Shown here piece after piece: positions 48,355-59,591 of a stretch of 64,000 nt of DNA. The position numbers and the translations under genes are program-made. Under the pieces are notes generated by a model. The model made no database searches. It worked only from the letters and a program-made list of their open reading frames with translations, and was not told the origin of the DNA. Positions within the stretch are counted from its first letter, which is position 1. The number at the start of each line of letters is the position of its first letter. The DNA comes from Macrostomum lignano (Eukaryota): assembly GCA_002269645.1 (NCBI GenBank), contig NIVC01001272.1, forward strand, positions 1 through 64,000. Direction: 5' to 3'.

Positions 48355-50655
48355 TTAATCATGTTCAAACTCTTTGAACAATGGCACAGCGCAATAACAG
48401 TCTTTGCTGAACGATTCTACTGGAACAGCGATGCAGGGTCGATCGACCTCTGAAAAATTAACTATACGTTCGCGTCTGGCCGATCTGGGCGCATTAGACA
48501 GGGATATCAATACAAAATTGAATGTCGAAGACTTTTTGAACATGGATTCCAGCAATGCTTTCCAATTAAGTAAATCGATGGGGAAAGTTGCTGCTGGTAC
48601 TCGTAAAACAAAATCAAACAGCGAACCAATGGGATCCAAAATTTGCACTCGAATAGTATTAGGCTCGAGGAACTCTGCAATAGTGCAGATTTCGCCGGAC
48701 TTCAATTGGCAAAGATGGTTAGAATTTTTCGACGCACAAGCTGAGCTTGTCGAGAAAAAATGTCCATTAAAATAAGCAAGTGAGTTTCGAAGAATACCAT
48801 GTGGCCTGGATGGCTCTAAAGATATAGAGTTAACTGCATCCACTACAATAGAGTCCTTAACACAAGAAAAGTAGTGATGTAGCAACTTTTGAAACAAAAA
48901 CTTGCGAACAAGCTGTGGGCCAAATGACACAGTTCCGCATAAGAACTTTTTGAACATGCCAATGGAGCTCTCAAATGCGAACATAGAATAATTAAATACA
49001 GGTCCGTACAATTCGTACTGTTCAGCCATATGCAAAAGCAGGTGGAAATTAAGGCGGAGTACTTTCGGTCCGAATATTTGCTGAGCATTGGAGATAAAAG
49101 CTTTGCATAGCTTTTCGATATCAGTCTTATTTGATTGGGGGCTATACAACATGTGATAAATAAGAACTAAATTAGTTAACAGCAGTTTCAATGGAAAATG
49201 CGAAATTCTCTGCAAAAACGTAGGAAGAAGAAAGTATAGCGCAAAGTTTTTAAAATGCTTTGCTTTCCAATCTGAAAAGCCTTTAAAATTTGTGTTGATT
49301 GTGATGCTAGAAGGAGTTATAGATTGACGAATACAATTAGATATGAAATCCATGCAATTAGCTGAGCAAAAATACAACTCGCGCCTGTTTGCAGGTAATG
49401 ACAGCTCTTCTAGTAGATACTTGGTGTGGCCTTCGAAAAAGCAGTGTAAACTGTCAATAGGATTGCAGCTGGGAAACGGAACATAGTCTAACAAGCAACT
49501 GCGCATCTTTACGCCAAAAACAGGCCGATTTCGAATTTGTGCGAGCCGACAGTGTTCAAGATGGGAAGATGGGTTTCTCAAAGGAAACAAGTAGCCTTCA
49601 CCATAGCGGAAGATCCAGTTTTTACCTTTCTCGGATACTTTAAAGCTCTCACCTGGGTGCAAGCACCTAGGACAGCTAAACGCACCATTGTACTGGTGAA
49701 TGCAGAAGAGCTTAGCAAGAGCGGGCAAGTCACAAACAAAGAGTGTGTAATGGACATGAACGGTGTATTCCGAGAATATAAACTGTTTTGGCAAATTGTT
49801 CATAATTTCAGACAGAAAAGACTGGAAATGCGGGACTGCCTTCGATGAAACAAGAGCAATTAGAATTAAATTTGCAAAGCGTTGACGGATGTAAACAGGA
49901 AGGTTTAGAAGTTGAGCCTGAAATGGCCAAAAGCTACTCTGAACAGATTCAAAAAAATTGGCGCCATCAGCTGAGATTAGAAGATGCAAGTGAAGCGACT
50001 TGCCAGAAGATAGGCTTAAGCCTTGTTCTTTAACTATTTTGGAATTCAAAACGTCTGTGTTTTTATCCTTTTGCAATTCTTGCTCATACTGCAGAATAGT
50101 TGAAGTGTGGCTGCTTAAGATAGTCCGCAGCTGTGGAACAATATTGAGCTGTGTCACAGCAACCTTTGACTTTGGGGAATGAACCTGACACTGGCTTTTG
50201 CATTCTGGGCAAAAGCCAAATTCAGACACGTCACTATCATCAAGAGGGCAAGTATCTTGAATCAATGATTTGAGCAACTTGACGCTATTTGGAAGAGCTA
50301 GAGAATCTCTACTAAAAATAGAAAGTAGCTTCAGGAGTCTATCAAGAGCAGCCTCTGAAACTCCGGAAGTAATTGCCCACTGAAAAATCAGAGCCGCCTG
50401 CACACTGGGATCTGAGATGGAAGCCAAATTCGCTAAGCTATCTGAACTCTCCTCAAGCACAGGCACAGCATTGTTTTCACCAATAAAAGTTTCCACAGCG
50501 TCAGGACAGCTGTGCGAGTGCGTTACACCGGCTTCGCTTGAAATTGAACTCCTATTACTTGTAGAAAAACTATTTGAGGGAGAAGAAATCGCCTGACAAG
50601 AGTAGGCTGAGTAATTAGTAGAAAGAGAGTGCTCAGATTCTGATTTACTAGACAT
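48355..50655 (-). CDS. CACTA/EnSpm-type transposase (TnpD-like), 766 aa, intronless
   Basis: ISADG..F....SFWP..AQLLNLP...R, CDLPALAK..C...NG...C.RC, PIDSLH..FEG, WKAK.F..F.LY and NFHLLLH....YGP....S.FAFES motifs. Confidence 0.9.
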   Translation of the reverse strand: MSSKSESEHSLSTNYSAYSCQAISSPSNSFSTSNRSSISSEAGVTHSHSCPDAVETFIGENNAVPVLEESSDSLANLASISDPSVQAALIFQWAITSGVSEAALDRLLKLLSIFSRDSLALPNSVKLLKSLIQDTCPLDDSDVSEFGFCPECKSQCQVHSPKSKVAVTQLNIVPQLRTILSSHTSTILQYEQELQKDKNTDVLNSKIVKEQGLSLSSGKSLHLHLLISADGANFFESVQSSFWPFQAQLLNLPVYIRQRFANLILIALVSSKAVPHFQSFLSEIMNNLPKQFIFSEYTVHVHYTLFVCDLPALAKLFCIHQYNGAFSCPRCLHPGESFKVSEKGKNWIFRYGEGYLFPLRNPSSHLEHCRLAQIRNRPVFGVKMRSCLLDYVPFPSCNPIDSLHCFFEGHTKYLLEELSLPANRRELYFCSANCMDFISNCIRQSITPSSITINTNFKGFSDWKAKHFKNFALYFLLPTFLQRISHFPLKLLLTNLVLIYHMLYSPQSNKTDIEKLCKAFISNAQQIFGPKVLRLNFHLLLHMAEQYELYGPVFNYSMFAFESSIGMFKKFLCGTVSFGPQLVRKFLFQKLLHHYFSCVKDSIVVDAVNSISLEPSRPHGILRNSLAYFNGHFFSTSSACASKNSNHLCQLKSGEICTIAEFLEPNTIRVQILDPIGSLFDFVLRVPAATFPIDLLNWKALLESMFKKSSTFNFVLISLSNAPRSARRERIVNFSEVDRPCIAVPVESFSKDCYCAVPLFKEFEHD

Positions 50656-50704
50656 AAAAATAGCAATTCAAATATTCAAAAGTTACTAGAATTTTTTCCG
50701 CAAT

Positions 50705-52655
50705 TCACGGTCCCATTCGCCTTGAGCGGGAAATGGAATCCCCTGACTCGGGTCCAGAAGCAGCAGTTGAAGTTCGCTTTCTCGCCCGTGTCTCCTCCCT
50801 GGCCAGCTGATTGAGATGGTCTCGTACAGACTTCCAGATTTCGTGGAAGTCGTAGCCAGATGTTCGATAGCACAATTGAAGCAAACCTGAAAATTCACGA
50901 GTATAGTAAAATATTTTTACAATAGACATTGTGTACTGTGTTTATAGTAGAAATAGGCTAAATTTAAAAGGAAGTTGATTTATGATGCTAATCATTAAAT
51001 AGGTCAATGGGATGTATTAAACTTTAGAACTATTTTTCCTCAATTTCTTTTATCTCAGACCTAAATGTGTTTTTTTAGAAAATATCCCAAGTATTGGATT
51101 CAGATCATTTAGCATTAATTAGCCTAAATTGCTTTATAATAAAAAAATTGCACAAAACTGTGAAAAAATTATATATATATATTTACGTTGAAACTCTGTC
51201 ACATGCTCAGATGGAGCAGGCCTTCGGGAACTGCGAGCACCACAGGATGAATCGATTATATGCTCAAGCAAGTAGCCTTCGCCAAATCGCAGCTTGATAT
51301 ACCTTCGGAGGAACACCTTAGGATCGTTGCAAAGAATTGAAGACAGCTCAGCTAGGGAACCATCAATGCACCTAAATTCCTAAAAAATGTTATTATATAG
51401 TAGAACTTTTATACTACAGACGTGATGCTGCTGATGCTAAGAAAAAACTGACATACCTCATTTTGGTATTCTTTAATTGTTAGCATTCCACCAAAGTTGT
51501 CATCCTTTTTTAAAAGTCGGCATATCCTTGCAGCAAGACGCTTCTCAAGAGAAAGCAACTCGGATTGAATGAACAGTTTTAGATCTAGAGTAAGATATAT
51601 GCTCATATATAAAAATATGGTGATTTTGATTTTTAATAATGTGATTGTATCATATTAAAAAAATAAAATTATACCTTTCATTGTTGCATCCGATTCACTG
51701 TTTACTATCTGTACCCCTCGGAGGGGTTGCACTTCTTGAATTGCACCTAGTGATAAAAAAGGCTTATTGCTACAAAAATATTGACTCATTTGGTATTTGG
51801 TTTTCAATTAGGTGTAATAGAATATACAAACTTGATTCCAAGAGGCCTGTGGCACGAGCTTGCTCATTTTCAACCAAAGATGCCTCTCTCTCAAATGCAG
51901 AAATGGCTTTTTCTAAAAAATAATAATTAATCAAATAATACAACAAAAAAAACAAATTGCAAACAATTAATAGTTCATATATATTGCAGTTTTACCCATT
52001 GATTGAGTAGCTGGTATCGCCAAATTTGGTTCGCCACTTTCACTATCCACTTCATAAAGCTCGTCAAGTAGTCCATGCTGATGACAACTAGAACTTGAAG
52101 CAACCTGCTTTGAACTAGATGACCTTATTGTCCTTACATTTGCAATGCCAGCTTGGGGATCTTTCATTGCAAAAAGCTCAATAGCTTGGCTAATCAATGA
52201 ATCAGTATTTTCAGCCTCACTAACCAAGTTGGAAAGTTGGTTCATAGTTGAAGCCATTTGCCTTTCACTACCTTTTGCCACAAGTGTAGCAGAAAATAGT
52301 TTGCCATACATGCGTAAAAAGACTTTAGTCCCCTAAAATATAATTTAATAAAGTAATATTACATTTGTAGTTGGAATAATTTGTTTTAGAAACCATGTAC
52401 TCAATAACAAAATATTATGCATATAAATCCAACTTAAAATCTTACTTGTGCAAGTTCCAACTTTTCATCATTAGTTATTGTACTTGGCCAATAGGGAGAC
52501 CCAAATGCAATGGTCACATATTGCTCATCATGGCCAACATTGTGAAGAATAAAGCAGAAAAACAATGCTGAATTGTCATTTCCAAATTTAGAAGTACTTT
52601 TTGTCTGCTTTCGAAGAGGCCTAGAATTAGATGCACTTAATCCAATATCATCCAT
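50705..52655 (-). CDS. CACTA accessory gene, 6 exons, 376 aa, C-terminal BEN-like domain
   Basis: join(52655-52446, 52332-51996, 51912-51832, 51584-51457, 51379-51187, 50886-50705); all GT-AG, phases 0,1,1,0,1 close without stops; FLRRYIKLRFGEGYL...G...RRPAP...EIWKSVRDHLNQLAREETRARKR. Start codon is inferred. Confidence 0.72.
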
Positions 52656-53094
52656 AACAATTTGTTCTGAAAAAGTTTCACAAGGAGATAAGGTTTGAAG
52701 AATCAATCAAGAGGCCAATGACAAACCAATTAGAATTGTATATAAAAAAATTTAATGTAGGGACCCTAGGCCCCTATGATTTTAAATAAAAATTATAATA
52801 TAAGGCCTAGGCCCTATATATAGGCCTGTGGCGGCCAGACCAGCCCGCTGTAGGCGCGGGCAGTGCACCTGCACTCAATCGGCCTGACTCACCCTGCCCG
52901 GGGGGTGGGTGCACCCAGACGGCTGGCGCGCTAAGCCGCAGGGTCTGGCACGGACTATGCGCACCTCCCCATGCCTCTCTGTCGCGCAGTATTTATATGC
53001 GATTGTGAAAAATAAAAGTTTACTTTCTCTCGCGCCATTTCATTTTGCGAGTCGCTAAATTGGTGAGCCCGACAACCCCAGCCGTAGCTGAGGA

Positions 53095-54651
53095 ATGACT
53101 ACGGAGTCAGCCGTTGCACTCAAACTGCCCACGTTTTGGGCATCTCAACCTCGTATTTGGTTTGTTCAGGCCGAAGCTCAATTCGCTCTGCGGAAGATCT
53201 CCGATGACGACACGAAGTACAGCCACGTCATCGCGGCGCTCGATCAGCAGACCGCCGAGCGGCTCATCGACGCGCTGGAGAATCCGCCGAGGGAAGAAAA
53301 GTACAAGAGGCTGAAGGAGCGACTGCTCGGCACCTTCGAGCTGTCCCGACAACAGCGGGCCAGCCGCCTGCTCAACATGTCCGGCCTCGGCGACAGGCGT
53401 CCCACGGAGTTGATGGACGAGATGCTCGCCCTGCTTGGCGACCACCGGCCCTGCCTGCTCTTCGAAGAGTTGTTCCGCCAGCAGCTGCCCGCTGAGGTCA
53501 GAATGGCAATGGCGACCGCCGACTTCAGCGACCCGCGGGAAGCAGCGCAGCTCGCCGACAAGCTGTGGGCCAGCCGGCCGCAGCTCGCCGCGGCCTCCGT
53601 CCAGCAGCCGGCAGCGGAGCCCACCCAGCCGGTGGTTTCGGCGACCCGTCGGGGCGGCAGTCGGCCGTCTAAGCAGCAACAACATCACCCTGACGACGGC
53701 CTGTGCTACTTCCATCGCCGTTTTCGACGCCATCCACGGCCTCGCCCACCCGTCAGTTCGCAGCACGCGGCGCCTCGTGGCCGCCAAGTTCGTGTGGGCC
53801 AGCATGAACAAGGACATCAGCCAGTGGGCCCGGTCCTGCGTCTCCTGCCAGACGGCCAAGGTTCAGCGGCACGTCGGCGCCCCGGTGGTCGGCATCCGCG
53901 TCCCGGACCAGCGTTTCGCCCACGTGCACGTCGACCTGGTGGGGCCGCTGCCGCCTTCGCAGGGTTTCACGCACCTGCTGACGATCGTGGACCGCTTCAC
54001 CAGGTGGCCGGAGGCGATCCCGATGGCCGACACCTCCGCTGCATCCTGCGCCTCCGCCTTCATCGCCCACTGGATCGCCAGGTTCGGCGTCCCAAGCGAC
54101 ATCACCTCGGACCGCGGCCCCCAGTTCACGTCGCAGCTGTGGTCCAACGTCTCCCGGCTCCTCGGCATGCAGCTGCACCGGACAACGGCCTTCCATCCGC
54201 AGGCGAACGGGCTGGTCGAGCGGTTCCACCGGCAGCTGAAGGCCTCCCTCATGGCGCGCCTGGCGGGATCGGCCTGGGTCAGCGAGTTGCCCTGGGTGCT
54301 GCTCGGCATCCGGACGGCCCCCAAGGAGGACCTGCCGGCATCATCGGCCGAGCTGGTCTACGGAGCGCCGCTTTGCGTGCCCGGCGAGTGCCTGCAGCCC
54401 AGCCCGGCCGCCGGCGACAACGACCAGTTCCTCGCCCGGCTCCGCGGTGCCGTACAGGCGTTCCGGCCGACGCCGACGTCTCAGCATGGCAGCCGCCCCA
54501 CCGCCTGGCCCGCCGCTCTCGACACCTGCCCGTTCGTGTTTGTCCGGCGCGACGGCCACCGACCTCCGCTGCAGCGGCCCTACGACGGCCCGTTCAAAGT
54601 GCTCGAGCGGGATGCCAAGGCCTTCCTGCTGGATCTGGGCACTCGCCGTGA
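53095..54651 (+). CDS. Gag (CsRn1-like) truncated at CYFHRRF, continuing out of frame over int
   Basis: KLPTFW...P.IWFVQAEAQF..RKI..D.TKY.HVI gag start; residues after ~53725 read the integrase in the wrong frame. Confidence 0.8.
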   Translation: MTTESAVALKLPTFWASQPRIWFVQAEAQFALRKISDDDTKYSHVIAALDQQTAERLIDALENPPREEKYKRLKERLLGTFELSRQQRASRLLNMSGLGDRRPTELMDEMLALLGDHRPCLLFEELFRQQLPAEVRMAMATADFSDPREAAQLADKLWASRPQLAAASVQQPAAEPTQPVVSATRRGGSRPSKQQQHHPDDGLCYFHRRFRRHPRPRPPVSSQHAAPRGRQVRVGQHEQGHQPVGPVLRLLPDGQGSAARRRPGGRHPRPGPAFRPRARRPGGAAAAFAGFHAPADDRGPLHQVAGGDPDGRHLRCILRLRLHRPLDRQVRRPKRHHLGPRPPVHVAAVVQRLPAPRHAAAPDNGLPSAGERAGRAVPPAAEGLPHGAPGGIGLGQRVALGAARHPDGPQGGPAGIIGRAGLRSAALRARRVPAAQPGRRRQRPVPRPAPRCRTGVPADADVSAWQPPHRLARRSRHLPVRVCPARRPPTSAAAALRRPVQSARAGCQGLPAGSGHSP

Positions 54652-54871
54652 CCACGTGACCGTCGACAGGCTGAAGCCGGCCGTCATCGACGCCGACGGC
54701 CCAATCCCAACGCCGGCGCTGCGACCGAGAGGCCGTCCGCCTCGAGAGCCGCCTGCCGCCGGTCCCGCGGCCTCAGCTGGCCGCCCTTCGACAGCAGCCC
54801 AGCCCGCCGCTGCCCTCCCCAGCCGCCGCCAGCCGCCTCGCCGGTGTCGCCCGACAACTCTCGATGCATAG
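53720..54871 (+). CDS. Integrase (intact HHCC and DDE), +1 frame relative to gag
   Basis: IHGLAHP...CVSCQ, HVDLVGPLP, SDRGPQF, NGLVERFHRQLK, RPYDGPF, VTVDRLKP. Confidence 0.88.
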   Translation, partial: VFDAIHGLAHPSVRSTRRLVAAKFVWASMNKDISQWARSCVSCQTAKVQRHVGAPVVGIRVPDQRFAHVHVDLVGPLPPSQGFTHLLTIVDRFTRWPEAIPMADTSAASCASAFIAHWIARFGVPSDITSDRGPQFTSQLWSNVSRLLGMQLHRTTAFHPQANGLVERFHRQLKASLMARLAGSAWVSELPWVLLGIRTAPKEDLPASSAELVYGAPLCVPGECLQPSPAAGDNDQFLARLRGAVQAFRPTPTSQHGSRPTAWPAALDTCPFVFVRRDGHRPPLQRPYDGPFKVLERDAKAFLLDLGTRRDHVTVDRLKPAVIDADGPIPTPALRPRGRPPREPPAAGPAASAGRPSTAAQPAAALPSRRQPPRRCRPTTLDA

Positions 54872-57224
54872 CTCGGTGCTGGGGGGAGCTGTGTGGCGGC
54901 CAGACCAGCCCGCTGTAGGCGCGGGCAGTGCACCTGCACTCAATCGGCCTGACTCACCCTGCCCGGGGGGTGGGTGCACCCAGACGGCCGGCGCGCTAAG
55001 CCGCAGGGTCTGGCACGGACTATGCGCACCTCCCCATGCCTCTCTGTCGCGCAGTATTTATATGCGATTGTGAAAAATAAAAGTTTACTTTCTCTCGCGC
55101 CATTTCATTTTGCGAGTCGCTAAAGGCCTATAATTATAAAGTTGTGCCATTGTGGATTTTCTGATACAAAGTAGACAATATTAGGCCTAATTGGGCCTAG
55201 TCTAGTCTAGTTTTGATTATAGACTGTATATTAGATACAAAGGACATGAAAGGTCTCGAAATTAAGTACCAATTACCATAATATACTATTATTTTTTATT
55301 ATTTTGAAACTGTCAGCCTACCATGTGATTTTTATCATTAGGCTATGGCCTAGGTCTAGGATGCCACTTTAGACTAGGCCTTTGGCTTTGGTTAGGCCAA
55401 CCTATCATTATAAAAATGCAGCAAAATATCATTCAAAAATATACATCTAACCCCTATAGGTTATCTTTGCATCCCAAATATAATATATAATAGGGTTTCT
55501 ATTTTCTAATATATCTACAAATACAATTTTCACTGAAGGAGTGAAGATCAAAATTAGCATGTCAAAAAACCTTACAAGCCACCGAATTTTAAAACTAGCT
55601 ACCAAAAGTGGAACTGGAAGTATATAGCTAAGAAAAAACATAAACATAAACATAGCACATAGTGACACATAATGAAATGATGACAACATGCAAGAGTGAC
55701 AGAGTCCTCTTAGAAAGGAAAAATAGGCCTAGTAATTTATGTTTATGGGAAGTTAAGTCCGTAATTAACTAAACCGAAACAAAATGGCCAACAAAATTGC
55801 TGGTAATATATTCAAAGCAATTTGTAGGTGAAGATTTTAACAAATTTATTAAACTATTTTTTGTATTTACAATTTCGCTTTTATTAAATATATTTAAAAC
55901 TTTATTAGATATACATAAAATAGCCTGAAATTTTTTATAAGCTTAGTTATTTATTTTCCCGTATGAACTCCCTGACATGGATGATTTTACCATGGAAAGT
56001 TTTAAAAATCCATGCATGAAAATACCATGAACATGCATGATTTATCAATGGATCATGGATCATAGATGATTTATCCATGATAAGAGAGTAGGGCAGCGTT
56101 ACGTGGCGTGGCTTTTTTAGATAAAATGTGGCTTTACCACATCAACAGTAGCTATTTATGCCGCTATTCACTAATATACAATGACAGTACCAATTAGGAA
56201 TATTTTATTTATAGTGATCGGCCTTGTACATAGTTACATTACACACAAGAAGTATAAACCAATAAAGCCCTAGGGGACTAATTGCTTCTGAGTCTGCAGT
56301 GTTACGGTGTAGACCTAAGACCAAGTCAGGATTGGGTTTATTCATTTTAAAATCAAAATAATTCGCTTCAAAATTGGGATCATTAACTTTAGAATTGGAA
56401 TGGATCATTTTAGAATTATTTTAGAATCATCATTCAAACTCTATAATATAATATCAGGTTAAAATAATTTAAAAAATAGACATCTTTTTTTGGAGTTAAA
56501 AATCGGCGCATGACCAAGACCGCCACACACCAAGACCGCCACAGCTCTTACTGGCTACTGGAATTGAGGGGGAGCTACTAATCTTCCAGCATTGCTATTG
56601 GTTGTGATGGGTTGTGGAGTTAGATGAGGAGGAAGCGTCCCAAGATTGGTCACGAATAAGTGGCCCAAAACGATTGCAAGTCAACCAGGCAATTTTACCA
56701 ATATCTTTAACAAAACCACATATTGTTACTTTTAGCAGTAGATGAGCATGAATAATGCTTTTGAGAGCAAAAGCTTGAGTAATTAGATTTAACTTCACTT
56801 TCAAAAAAGCGCCTCTCAAAATGCAATTGCAGGTTGCTGTAATTTGAAAAGTTTTTTACGAGCTCGCACATTCGTATATTCGGCGTCTGGGTGCGTAGTG
56901 CATTACGGACAAACAAATCTAAGCGTCTTGATATGTGCTATGGTATGTGGATTTAGAGGTGTCATTCATTTTGACGAAGGTTTACATGTATTTTGACGAA
57001 AGCAAGTTAACAACTATCGTTCACTCACATAACAGAAAAAGCGCATCTTAGGCCCAATGCCTATGATATGTTACATGTCTGGAAATGTACGAGCACGAGC
57101 ACTGTGTGTATTTCATTGTGTACTCAAAGCCGGGAATTTCGGAGAAAGCAAAGGGAGGGGATGAGAGTAAATTTACATGCACATGTAATGAGAGAATATA
57201 TGGAGAGGGGTTAAGAGATCTCGA

Positions 57225-57335
57225 TCTCTCTCACTCTCACTCTCTCTGTCTCACTCATTTCACACCCACTCCCACACTGACACACTCTCTCACTCTCACT
57301 CTCTTACTCACTCACTCACTCACTCACTCTCTCGC
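57225..57335. repeat. CT/CA low-complexity tract (TCAC)n-like
   Basis: Direct. Confidence 0.8.
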
Positions 57336-59111
57336 TTTTAATTCATTTCTGAATTTCAGGCACTATAATAAATTACAGAATTTTTCACACATTTGATCTT
57401 TTGCCTCCGATTTTTAAATGCAAATATCCTTTACTCTCGCGCACTGCGGCAACTTTGCACAGGTACAGTGTGAGCTACATGTTCATGCATTTTTCAAAGG
57501 GTACTGATCGATAAATACTGATTTTGACAATTCTGACATCTCTTCAAAATATACCAAACTTCTTGATACATTTAATGTAATAAATGTAATACAGAGATGC
57601 ACGTATGTGCATATGAGTGCAAGGTACATGTACATGTACACGTTTTCCAATCTATCTGTGACGTTTTTTCTAGCCGATCAGGAATTATCAATAGCAGTCA
57701 AATTTTTGCAGCTGAAATCACATTCAGCGTTATGCAAAAAGGAAATATTTGCGAAATCAAAAAGCCGTTTTTAAAGCACTGCAAACTGTGGTCTGAGCCT
57801 TGCCGCTCGCAAATAAGTATTGCGGTGTGATGCGCTCCGTTTATATTTCGGGAGTCCATGCGGTGGAGATGCTTGAATTAGGTGAAAAATATGCAAACTT
57901 GAAGATATCAGTGGATAGGGCAGATCGAAGGGAGATTTGCGAACAAATTGTTAGAAAACAATGGTTGCATACTTTTGCAAAATGCTTGCATTCATCTGTT
58001 AGTACAGTTGTAGCTAGTATCGGACATGCGAAATATGCAAAATACCATAAGATCGGACCAATGGCACAATCATTTTTTATTTTAGATAGACTTCTTTTAG
58101 TCCCATCAAAGTTTGCATGTACTTCTGAGGTCATGACCTCATGCTCATGCTGTACTTGGCAGATCCAGGTTTTCGCTCCAGGGACCTCGCTTGGTTGCAC
58201 TATTACACATGGGAACACCAACTGCAATGTAGATGCCACGCCCACATACCCTCGTACGTTGCTCAGAATTTAATTGAATTCAATCTGATCACACTATATT
58301 GAATACCCGCAGCTATTTTGAAATATTTGATAGCTATATCTCTAACGCCGGCCCCTCGTAAAAAATCCGTTACTATCCAAATCTTTTTTGTGCCCTCCTT
58401 TTGAACTCAGTACATTAATTGGAACTCACAGTTATATATACAAACAGTTTTTTAAGCTCGACTCGAGTCCATGCAGTTCAGGGGTTGCACCCAGAGGGGG
58501 AGGGGTCAAGGGAGGAAAATTCCGGGGTCTGCCCCCATTTGCCAGTGCCACCTCTCTCCGTAACACCCCCCCCTAAAATTTTTTGAGTGCGCCCCTCGTT
58601 CCGTTTAAGATTTATGGCTTGGTATTTTAAAAATGCACGGCCGTTGCATGTAGCCTATAAGCGATGAATTTCAGAACCTATAAGAGATAACAAGTTAAGT
58701 ACAGCTGTTTTTGTTACTATACGATCTATTCGTGGTAACTGGGTGGAGAGTATTTGCTTCCTGTCTTGATTTAATAAGAACCCTGAGACAGTTGGCTAAC
58801 CAAGCCAGCTGTCAATGCATTCATTCTAAAAAAGTGATAAATTTTTGTTACCTTGCCTGACAATATGCTATTGCTGGAGTAGCTAATTTATGATAGTGTT
58901 ATGCAAAGCTGGAAAAGAAGTCGCTTTGATTTAAACTATCAGAAGGAGAGACAAAGATGTAGTAGAGAGGGATCACAAACAGAGATGGGGTCGTGTATTG
59001 AAATTAAATTTGAACTTTTTTGCGCAAGCTATTCTGTGCGCAGTTTAAACAGTGATTATGCAATATAGTAGTTCTACCTCATTAGTACATGCAGATATAG
59101 TAATTTTAGCA

Positions 59112-59372
59112 TATTATTAGAGATTTAGTATTTTTAGACTAGAGCGCTATGGACAAGCAAACATACAAATCTTAGAGATTTAGTATATTTAGATTGCAAT
59201 CTCTAGAGCGTTATGGACAAACATACAAACAAACAAACAAATATTAGAGATTTAGTATATTTGGATTTTAAGAAAATCGGTCAAGGACAGTGAGCTCTAG
59301 AGCTTTATGGACAAGCAAGCAAGCAAGCAAACAAACCTTAGAGATTTAGCATATTTGGATTAGAGATTAAGT
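59112..59372 (+). repeat. Tandem truncated modules CTAGAGC..TATGGACAA-(CAAA/CAAG)n-TTAGAGATTTAGTATATTTGGAT
   Basis: Three near-complete and two partial copies. Confidence 0.7.
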
Positions 59373-59591
59373 ATAAATAAGTGCCACATGGAGTTCGGGC
59401 TCGAGATGACCTATGGAGCTGGCAGCACATTTCGCTTTAAGCACGGTGTAAAAGTTTAAGATCTTGTTATTCGCGCTCACAAGCCAAATGTGCCCCCGCC
59501 TCCACAATCCAGCAGGGGGTGCAGTGAAATAAAACTGGAGGGGCAGTGGATAAGATGCAAGCAAATTTAGCGAATACGCAGATTTTTTCTT

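Larger units (their letters stand above)
52827..55124 (+). mobile_element. Internally deleted CsRn1-like Ty3/gypsy element (Gag + integrase only), 2298 bp
   Basis: 233-bp LTRs (52827-53059, 54892-55124; one mismatch seen), TSD GGCC, PBS TGGTGAGCCCGAC at 53061, PPT GGGGGGAG; no PR, RT or RH. Confidence 0.92.
46989..56093 (-). mobile_element. CACTA/EnSpm (CMC) DNA transposon with two genes and a nested LTR element
   Basis: TIR CCCTACTCTC.T..CATGGATAAATCAT at both ends, CATGGA-rich subterminal arrays, 2-bp TSD CA (46987-88, 56094-95). Confidence 0.88.

Noticed and set aside
52827-55124. GC-rich island as bacterial DNA or an IS3/IS481 element
   Set aside because: LTRs, TSD, PBS, PPT and gypsy gag show it is an LTR retrotransposon; overlapping minus-strand ORFs are high-GC shadows.
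57800-58273. 157-aa ORF and its antisense partner
   Set aside because: No recognisable domain or splice context, so it cannot be supported as a gene.
58479-58597. CAGGGG...CCCCTC small MITE
   Set aside because: Termini match poorly and no TSD was found.
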